Source of the DNA: Macrostomum hystrix
Lineage: Eukaryota; Animalia; Platyhelminthes
Assembly (NCBI GenBank): GCA_950097015.1
Contig: CATNEN010000001.1
Span: 26,350,001 to 26,414,000, forward strand
Direction: 5' to 3'
DNA length: 64,000 nucleotides
The notes beneath the pieces were generated by a model. It was given only the letters and a program-made list of their open reading frames with translations. It was not told the origin of the DNA and did no database searches. The translations under genes and the position numbers were made by a program. Shown in pieces: positions 55,122-64,000 of the stretch. The first letter of the stretch is position 1. Every line of letters begins with the position of its first letter.

Positions 55122-56243
55122 TCAGTAGCCACAGAAGCGGTTCAGCTCAGCGATCTCAGCGACTCCGAGGGCGGCCTTCGCGATGGCGTAGCAAATGAAG
55201 CGACCTTTCAGAGCTCCTCCAGCTCGAGAGTTGCTGCCCAGCCTCAGGCACTGCGGCAAGCCTTGAAAGCCAGGAAACTGGGCACTTCCGCCATTGGCCG
55301 ATCCGTTGAAGTAGAAGGTGGCGAAGTTCGATGCAGTGTAGACGGCAGCAACAGACACATCTTGGGCGACATTGTTCATGCTCACCAGACCAGGTCCAGA
55401 CGACTGGGAGGCTACAATCTTTGCACTGCTCGGTCCTGAGAACGGATGACTCACGTACAGCTGGGTGGTTTTATCAGAAAATTCACCTCTGATGTTTCCA
55501 CTGCAGTCGTGAAACAGGTGGTAGCCCTGCTCATTGAAGGTCTGTCTGACGAGCCTCGCGTAGAAGGTAAAGTTGTGAGTATAGTCCAGGTAGCTGGTCG
55601 CCAGTGTGTTTCCAGCAGTGTCCACATCGATGAAGGCCGAGATGCTTCCAGGAAAATGAGCGCCCTGGGTGTCTCTCTCGACAGAGCCTTGAGGAGTGGC
55701 CGAGTAGATCGCTGGGTTGATGAGGTTCGTGTATCCCTGTCTGAAGTCGAACAGAATCACCAGCTTTGACCCGAGGGCGGAGCTCAGACCTTCGACGCCG
55801 GTTTCTAGAGACAATGTCGTGGCTTTTGGTTCTGCCGCTGAAGTCATCATTAAAGCATCTGGACCGGACGTCGTTTCTGGAATGGCCAGAGGGACTATTG
55901 TGGAGATAGGTGACATAGTTCTATAGCTGACGCAGCCATCGGAGCCGTTAGAGACGCTGCTCTGGTCCCACAGAGAAGCCAGCTCGGAGCTGCTGCCATG
56001 GTAGCACCTTGAGCTCGCTGTCGAGAAGTGAACTCCAGCGCAGAGGTCGGTGAGCACGCAGGCAAGAACACAGTCGGCCAGGTCTTTCATGCCAGCAACA
56101 GCTGTCAACGCGGCCAGGTTCGCAGGCGAAGGGCATTTCAGATACGCGTTGAGAACCGAGGACTTTTGGCTCGCTGCACCTATGTTCGGCAGCGCCAGAG
56201 CAATGAGCAGAAGTACGCAAGCAGATGATTTCATTATTTTCAT
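55122..56243 (-). CDS. Secreted PAN/apple-like + LamG/ConA-like protein, copy 3 (373 aa, intronless)
   Basis: Paralogue of copy 2 with long near-identical tracts; signal peptide; TATAAA on the minus strand near 56296. Confidence 0.85.
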   Translation of the reverse strand: MKIMKSSACVLLLIALALPNIGAASQKSSVLNAYLKCPSPANLAALTAVAGMKDLADCVLACVLTDLCAGVHFSTASSRCYHGSSSELASLWDQSSVSNGSDGCVSYRTMSPISTIVPLAIPETTSGPDALMMTSAAEPKATTLSLETGVEGLSSALGSKLVILFDFRQGYTNLINPAIYSATPQGSVERDTQGAHFPGSISAFIDVDTAGNTLATSYLDYTHNFTFYARLVRQTFNEQGYHLFHDCSGNIRGEFSDKTTQLYVSHPFSGPSSAKIVASQSSGPGLVSMNNVAQDVSVAAVYTASNFATFYFNGSANGGSAQFPGFQGLPQCLRLGSNSRAGGALKGRFICYAIAKAALGVAEIAELNRFCGY

Positions 56244-57202
56244 TTATTGAAAGGTAAGTTTACTTTCAGCGTCTGGAAATTAACAACGGTTCTCTTTATA
56301 CGGATTCATATTTCGTTGACGGTTCGCAATTGGCTGCTGAATGCACACAAAATGCGTAGGCACTTAACATTTTTTCCTCATTCTTTTAGGAAGCATGTCT
56401 TCTTTCGCTTGTCGCCTCATTAATGATTCCGCATTTTGACTACTTGGATTGCGGACTGCATAATTGTCAGGAAGCTTCTGTCGGAAGAATTGCTAATTCT
56501 TGCAGTGTCGTGACACAATGTGCTGTTCGCTCACATGGTTGGGATGCTACTGCAGCTTCTTCTAATTGGAAGGCATCCCAAGGCAATGCCGATGCAGTTG
56601 TATTCTTAAAGCCTTAGGCATTGCCTATCGTGGCTCGTGTAATATTGGAGTTTCGTAGACAAAAGAATTGCGAATTGGCTCAAGTTCGCGCGTACTCATG
56701 AACTGAGCTCGTCGCGGAGGCGAATGAAGATTTCCGTGGGAGCGCTTCATTCGCGACTGATATCGCCTATAAGACATTGGGTGCGTGCAAAAACTAAGTT
56801 TAAAGTAAAGTTTTTGCTTGCTAGAAATGACAAAAGCATCATATTTTACTAATTGCGATGCATGTGACTGTCAAGTCAACTTATGCCAGCTGAAAGCCAA
56901 CAGCCCCTCAACGCAAAGGCAGGTGTCAGCGATGGGGTGAGCAGCAAGGTGGGGAAAGCGATCCCAGCTCCGATAAAAATTTGGGATAAAGAGGGAAAGA
57001 AAAGAGATCAAAAGACAGCAAACGGAAGCGCAGCAACTCACTGCTCAGATCGCAAGGACGACTTAAGAACAATCGACTTAACAAGCATCAGTTGAAGGAT
57101 CTGAGTCAAGCAAATGAGCAATGTTTTCTATCCATTCTCTCTCTGCTGAATGCCTAACTGGGTAAAATTAGTACATTTGAGTCCAACCATATATCGGTAC
57201 TT

Positions 57203-60014
57203 GTGTATCTTGGCATTGCAAGTGTTTGCTGGCAGTTGGTATAGAGCCAGAAGCAGTGTATCTTGGCATTGCAAGTGTTTGCTGGCAGTTGCTATAGAGC
57301 CAGAAGCAGTGTATCTTGGCATTGCAAGTGTTTGCTGGCAGTTGGTATAGAGCCAGAAGCAGTGTATCTTGGCATTGCAAGTGTTTGCTGGCAGTTGGTA
57401 TAGAGCCAGAAGCAGTGTATCTTGGCATTGCAAGTGTTTGCTGGCAGTTGGTATAGAGCCAGAAGCAGTGTATCTTGGCATTGCAAGTGTTTGCTGGCAG
57501 TTGGTATAGAGCCAGAAGCAGTGTATCTTGGCATTGCAAGTGTTTGCTGGCAGTTGGTATAGAGCCAGAAGCAGTGTATCTTGGCATTGCAAGTGTTTGC
57601 TGGCAGTTGGTATAGAGCCAGAAGCAGTGTATCTTGGCATTGCAAGTGTTTGCTGGCAGTTGGTATAGAGCCAGAAGCAGTGTATCTTGGCATTGCAAGT
57701 GTTTGCTGGCAGTTGGTATAGAGCCAGAAGCAGTGTATCTTGGCATTGCAAGTGTTTGCTGGCAGTTGGTATAGAGCCAGAAGCAGTGTATCTTGGCATT
57801 GCAAGTGTTTGCTGGCAGTTGGTATAGAGCCAGAAGCAGTGTATCTTGGCATTGCAAGTGTTTGCTGGCAGTTGCTATAGAGCCAGAAGCAGTGTATCTT
57901 GGCATTGCAAGTGTTTGCTGGCAGTTGCTATAGAGCCAGAAGCAGTGTATCTTGGCATTGCAAGTGTTTGCTGGCAGTTGGTATAGAGCCAGAAGCAGTG
58001 TATCTTGGCATTGCAAGTGTTTGCTGGCAGTTGGTATAGAGCCAGAAGCAGTGTATCTTGGCATTGCAAGTGTTTGCTGGCAGTTGGTATAGAGCCAGAA
58101 GCAGTGTATCTTGGCATTGCAAGTGTTTGCTGGCAGTTGGTATAGAGCCAGAAGCAGTGTATCTTGGCATTGCAAGTGTTTGCTGGCAGTTGGTATAGAG
58201 CCAGAAGCAGTGTATCTTGGCATTGCAAGTGTTTGCTGGCAGTTGCTATAGAGCCAGAAGCAGTGTATCTTGGCATTGCAAGTGTTTGCTGGCAGTTGGT
58301 ATAGAGCCAGAAGCAGTGTATCTTGGCATTGCAAGTGTTTGCTGGCAGTTGGTATAGAGCCAGAAGCAGTGTATCTTGGCATTGCAAGTGTTTGCTGGCA
58401 GTTGGTATAGAGCCAGAAGCAGTGTATCTTGGCATTGCAAGTGTTTGCTGGCAGTTGGTATAGAGCCAGAAGCAGTGTATCTTGGCATTGCAAGTGTTTG
58501 CTGGCAGTTGGTATAGAGCCAGAAGCAGTGTATCTTGGCATTGCAAGTGTTTGCTGGCAGTTGGTATAGAGCCAGAAGCAGTGTATCTTGGCATTGCAAG
58601 TGTTTGCTGGCAGTTGGTATAGAGCCAGAAGCAGTGTATCTTGGCATTGCAAGTGTTTGCTGGCAGTTGGTATAGAGCCAGAAGCAGTGAATCTTGGCAT
58701 TGCAAGTGTTTGCTGGCAGTTGGTATAGAGCCAGAAGCAGTGAATCTTGGCATTGCAAGTGTTTGCTGGCAGTTGGTATAGAGCCAGAAGCAGTGTATCT
58801 TGGCATTGCAAGTGTTTGCTGGCAGTTGGTATAGAGCCAGAAGCAGTGAATCTTGGCATTGCAAGTGTTTGCTGGCAGTTGGTATAGAGCCAGAAGCAGT
58901 GTATCTTGGCATTGCAAGTGTTTGCTGGCAGTTGGTATAGAGCCAGAAGCAGTGTATCTTGGCATTGCAAGTGTTTGCTGGCAGTTGGTATAGAGCCAGA
59001 AGCAGTGTATCTTGGCATTGCAAGTGTTTGCTGGCAGTTGGTATAGAGCCAGAAGCAGTGAATCTTGGCATTGCAAGTGTTTGCTGGCAGTTGGTATAGA
59101 GCCAGAAGCAGTGAATCTTGGCATTGCAAGTGTTTGCTGGCAGTTGGTATAGAGCCAGAAGCAGTGTATCTTGGCATTGCAAGTGTTTGCTGGCAGTTGG
59201 TATAGAGCCAGAAGCAGTGTATCTTGGCATTGCAAGTGTTTGCTGGCAGTTGGTATAGAGCCAGAAGCAGTGTATCTTGGCATTGCAAGTGTTTGCTAGC
59301 AGTTGGTATAGAGCCAGAAGCAGTGTATCTTGGCATTGCAAGTGTTTGCTGGCAGTTGGTATAGAGCCAGAAGCAGTGTATCTTGGCATTGCAAGTGTTT
59401 GCTGGCAGTTGCTATAGAGCCAGAAGCAGTGTATCTTGGCATTGCAAGTGTTTGCTGGCAGTTGCTATAGAGCCAGAAGCAGTGTATCTTGGCATTGCAA
59501 GTGTTTGCTGGCAGTTGGTATAGAGCCAGAAGCAGTGTATCTTGGCATTGCAAGTGTTTGCTGGCAGTTGGTATAGAGCCAGAAGCAGTGTATCTTGGCA
59601 TTGCAAGTGTTTGCTGGCAGTTGGTATAGAGCCAGAAGCAGTGTATCTTGGCATTGCAAGTGTTTGCTGGCAGTTGCTATAGAGCCAGAAGCAGTGTATC
59701 TTGGCATTGCAAGTGTTTGCTGGCAGTTGGTATAGAGCCAGAAGCAGTGTATCTTGGCATTGCAAGTGTTTGCTGGCAGTTGCTATAGAGCCAGAAGCAG
59801 TGTATCTTGGCATTGCAAGTGTTTGCTGGCAGTTGGTATAGAGCCAGAAGCAGTGTATCTTGGCATTGCAAGTGTTTGCTGGCAGTTGGTATAGAGCCAG
59901 AAGCAGTGTATCTTGGCATTGCAAGTGTTTGCTGGCAGTTGGTATAGAGCCAGAAGCAGTGTATCTTGGCATTGCAAGTGTTTGCTGGCAGTTGCTATAG
60001 AGCCAGAAGCAGTG
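57203..60014. repeat. 53-bp highly homogeneous satellite (GCAGTGTATCTTGGCATTGCAAGTGTTTGCTGGCAGTTGGTATAGAGCCAGAA)
   Basis: About 53 copies. Explains all ORFs at 57128-60071. Confidence 0.98.
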
Positions 60015-60569
60015 ATGTGTGCTCTGCCTTCTTTCGTCCCCACTATTTTTATTATTTCCGATGCAAGTCACGTTTTAACTTTTCCAAATCCTTGCCGCAG
60101 GGTTGTGATGCAGATTTCGGACGTGAGATTCGCCCGTTAGAAGCAGCTTTTTGTGCCGCCAACTCATAAAAGAAGACTTTTAAGGTGCCCGCCTTTGAAG
60201 TGCGCCTGAAACAATAGAAATAAAAGACCTCAGCTTGCAGGCCTATTATAACTTTTTCATTCTCTGTCTACCTGGTCGCTTTTAAGTCGGTTTGTAAACA
60301 AATAATTTTCCGGCTGGTTGAGGACTTTTTTAGGTTCGAAAATTCAGCACTGCTGAGTGTTGTTACTGTTGTGGGCTGGTTGCCAAGCACTGAGGAATAC
60401 GGAGAATGAAATAATACCCAAGGCTTACAAGAAACAGAATATCGGTACCTTTGAAAGTGACAAAACACTAGCCTTTTGAAGGCTTATCATTATCCGCAGT
60501 GTATCATTTTTTCCTTTGTCTCCTCGGACATCTGATATTTGTTTCATCCATCTGCAACATAGGCGTAGT

Positions 60570-60887
60570 GGGGGGTTGTAGCCTAGTGGTTAGTAGAGGG
60601 TCGGACTCACGACTTGAAGGTCGGGGGTTCGATTCCCGTCTCCACTGGAACAATTTGTGTCCTTTAGAAAGACACTTAAACCTGCATTGCTTCAGTTCGC
60701 CCAGCTGTTAAATGGGTACCAGCACTAGCTGTGGTAATTGAGGGTGGGTGTGGCGTCCCCCCAGTCCATGGACGGAACATTCGTACACATATACTTCAGA
60801 TGCGCCGCGCAATGCGGCAGCTGTGCTGTCGGTTGCACATCTGGCCCAATTTGAGCAGGTGTAATCAATTAATTATTCATTATTATT
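60570..60887 (+). mobile_element. tRNA-derived CORE-type SINE, diverged second copy
   Basis: TAGCCTAGTGG A box, GGTTCGATTCC B box, TGTGTCCTT...CACTTAA...CCCAGCTGT..ATGGGTACCAGC; collinear with 20711-21039. Confidence 0.85.
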
Positions 60888-60984
60888 AACACAGGCGAGG
60901 AAATTTGGGGTATTCCCATTGTCGCTCTGTACTTTTGTACATGTAAAGTAATGATATCTCGCCATTGTATTGGATCAAACTGAT

Positions 60985-61098
60985 TGTAAACTCTAAACCG
61001 TAAACTGTAAACTGTAAACTGTAAACTGTAAACTGTAAACCGTAAACTGTAAACTGTAAACTGTAAACTGTAAACTGTAAACCGTAAACTGTAAACTA
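60985..61098. repeat. 7-bp repeat (GTAAACT)n
   Basis: About 16 copies. Confidence 0.92.
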
Positions 61099-61356
61099 AT
61101 TCTTCAAACTGTTTGCTCTTAATTTTTCGGAAAATTCTATCTGTTAAACTCTCACAGGAAGATAGGATGAACTTTGTTCCCAAAAACGAGGTAAAGGATA
61201 GTCCCCCCGGCCGTTTATCGATTGTAGAGATTTGAATTTAATGTAAATTTAATGATTCATCCGCTATACTAAAATGTAAAATCAATTTAAGTGAATCATA
61301 TATTTTTTAGTAAATACGCGATGTGTGTTACTCATAAATGTCAGTAGCGTAATTCG

Positions 61357-61486
61357 AATATTGATACATAACTTTAATTGAATGTAAGAACCTAATTAGT
61401 AGCCCCATGCGGATATCAAATGTACGTAGCTATAGTACGGTTAAAAGGTAGGTTTGTACATTCAATTAAAGTTATGCATCAATATT
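61357..61486. repeat. 130-bp unit with 38-bp inverted arms (MITE-like)
   Basis: 61357-61394 is the reverse complement of 61449-61486 with 3 mismatches. Confidence 0.75.
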
Positions 61487-64000
61487 TCTCTTGTTCCCGC
61501 CCTGTCTGCGCACTGACTCATGTTGCACGTCATGGTGCAATCACTTTGCTTCGGAAGAAGACTGGCCGAACATCGCTTAAGTGCTCCTACTGTGAGTAGA
61601 GAACAGGCCGACGAGCAATCATGATGATGTTTGCACTATCTGAATAGTTGCGCAGAAATTTCTTCATGCGTTTAACGCTCCCAGCGACTAGAAAATATTG
61701 TAATATAAACTGAGATTCCTAACGGATTTAAAAAATTCTTAGCTCCCAACTTGTCATTGCGGGAAAGCTTAGCTGTCCGAACCGGACTACCCTGATTTGC
61801 TCCACTGCTAGGAAGCACGCAGTGTTGAGGCCGGTAAAAATTCCTCTGATATTTTGCCAATTGTGTGTGCCACGCAACCACAGGTTCAATATGTATATAC
61901 CCGTCAGTGAAAAAATGTAAAAACATGTAACACAAAATAGTATCAAAGTTCTCTTTGGCTTTGTATTTATCTTGCGACATCATGTCATGTTGAGATCATT
62001 TCTCTGTTGTACGCAAATTATTTTGGTATTTTAAATGCCTGTTCCAGCGCCAATCGCATCTCAGTGCAGCGACCAGTAGCTCAAAGTCGCAAAGACAGTC
62101 GTTCTCATTATGTTTTGCATTGACTGTATGCTTTTGCAATCATGCGTCTTTTTCAGGAAAGCAAAATACACTTCAGATCAATCTTGGCGAGGCAGGTGCT
62201 GTTTTATTAGTTAGTTTTTGGCTCATCGAAAAGCCCTTTCTATCGGCAAAAACTAACGCCGCTTGCACATTCAAAACCGTTTGTTGATGTGCAAAGCTGT
62301 TATGATAAGAAACATGGTTATTGACCTTTTTAAGGTTTCTGATAGCTGTGATATAAATTTTCAACTTAAGGCTGCGTAGAAAGAGCACAAACCAACTCCT
62401 AACACCCAACTGGCGACTAGTAAACTCGCTTGTCATTAGAGCATTTAACCTTTTTTGGACTCTTCATGATGCCTCTAATATAAATTTTCATATTGGTTCA
62501 TCTAATTCACTTAATCGATTTTGTTAAACAATGTGAGTTGCTTAAAGATTAAAAATGAATGTGAATGAACCTCAGATTTAACCAGTTTTGACACGCGAAC
62601 CGGAAAGACAATATCTTCCAGTAAAGTCGCGATTCATTGTATGTGCTATTGGATTCTCAAGCAAATAGAGCTTATAACGCGTGCTCAAACTGAAAGCAAA
62701 TCAAAACCTCCTGCAAAACGAGCGATGCCAGGAATTTGATTGACTGTAGGAATTCACGTGACTTTGCGTGTGTCTGGAAAGATTTTAACACCCATAGCAC
62801 TGCGAGGGCTGGAGCTGATAAACCGCCCAGGCACTGTAGCTAGCTACCAGAGAGAACTCATATTTACTGAATGCGCTTTGCAAAATGTGAAACATGAGGC
62901 TCCCAGATTTACAGAGCTATTCGATAAAGATCACACATCGCATTTGCAAGCTTGTTGCTAGTTAGCAAACACAATACTGAGTTGCAAATGACAAATCAAA
63001 CATGATTCCACATTCCACAATGTCTTTGGAGAGAACTCGTTAAAAGAAGCCCTTTTGATGGCGATATTTCAATGCGGCATTTTAAAAATGTCCTTGCTAG
63101 TCGAAGGCAGAACGAACGAAAAGCTGTTCTGCGAATCTTATTTTATGATTTATCGGATGATAATTCCAACATTGGATAATGCGAGTTCGGATAAGAATTA
63201 ACTTCCGCATGGTCCGCCTTTTCAAATCAGTCGGATTTGCTCTACCAGCCGATCGCATGTAGAAATTTTTGAAGTGAATTTCTAAAATAAGCAATGCCAT
63301 CACGTCCTGGTTTGAAATTGCCAGAAGCTAAAGTAAGAAATAGGAAATTATTCCCGAATCCCCGGAGGTGCTGCGCCTTATAGGGTCTGCTTGACGGGCC
63401 CGTGTTGGCCTGTGTCAGGACGCACCCACGTGGCCAGCACACTCGTAGGGGACACGGTTGCGTCGACCAGCTTCAGCAAGGCGTCAGGACACACGGATGA
63501 CCCCTTTCTGTCACGCGAAAGAATTGAGTCGAGGAAGCAACTTACTTTTAGTTGCACTTGGCGCCCGCTGAACTTTTCCACAGGCAGATCGGATTGGCCG
63601 TTTATTTGCTCAGGGTTCAGGTAAGTTGCGAGTGAATCTGACGTCAAGAGCTTAGTCGGAAAATAGAAGGTAAGAGCGAAGGACTAGCTACCCCACAGAG
63701 CCGCGAATTTATAATACCTAGGCTCAACAGGGGCCGGGTAGGCACCAACGCCCACCCCATAACCCCCGGCCCCATTACCCCAACCGAGACAAATCACGGC
63801 GCAGCTGGGGGAAGGGCAGCCCGGGCGAGGGCCGGACAGGGTCGGCCCAGCCAATCAACGTGCACCAACCAGTAATTGCTCTAACACAGCAGCAAATAAA
63901 GCTTGGGAGCTAAGCGGCTTACGCAACTGATAACACGAAAGAGCATACCGCGTGGGGGCAATTAAGGTGCGCCTACACTGCAAGGTACACGGACACAACG

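Noticed and set aside
57128-60071. Overlapping Cys-rich ORFs up to 722 aa
   Set aside because: A 53-bp satellite cycling through frames; not a gene.
63378-63647. 89-aa minus-strand ORF near the window end
   Set aside because: No recognisable motif or ATG context; cannot be supported from this window.

Overview
Eukaryotic (animal) genomic DNA. GC-rich exons sit among roughly 22 unrelated tandem-repeat arrays that cover about one third of the window. This organisation resembles a free-living flatworm such as Macrostomum; that is an inference, not an identification. Genes supported by the sequence: an intronless DEG/ENaC channel (2584-4404, +); a G-alpha-s gene (7553/8229-20124, +) with two alternative coding first exons; a candidate secreted peptide precursor (26366-26713, +); a secreted WSC + PAN/apple-like protein (30874-31589, -); calcineurin B (35372-36084, +); a 9-exon TECPR2 orthologue (38991-47853, +) with a C-terminal LIR motif and an in-frame minisatellite; and a tandem family of three intronless secreted PAN/apple + LamG/ConA-like proteins plus a relic fourth copy (48510-56243, -). 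Mobile DNA includes two tRNA-headed SINE families, one SINE nested in another with a 40-bp flanking duplication, an RTE-like LINE fragment, short inverted-repeat elements and a possible solo-LTR-like unit. Most long ORFs in the supplied track are translations of satellites. The most interesting leads are the dual-N-terminus G-alpha-s, the secreted lectin-like family with a conserved framework and hypervariable loops, the orphan peptide precursor, and the DEG/ENaC lacking the HG motif. All splice models were read by eye from GT/AG sites and frame continuity and need transcript confirmation.
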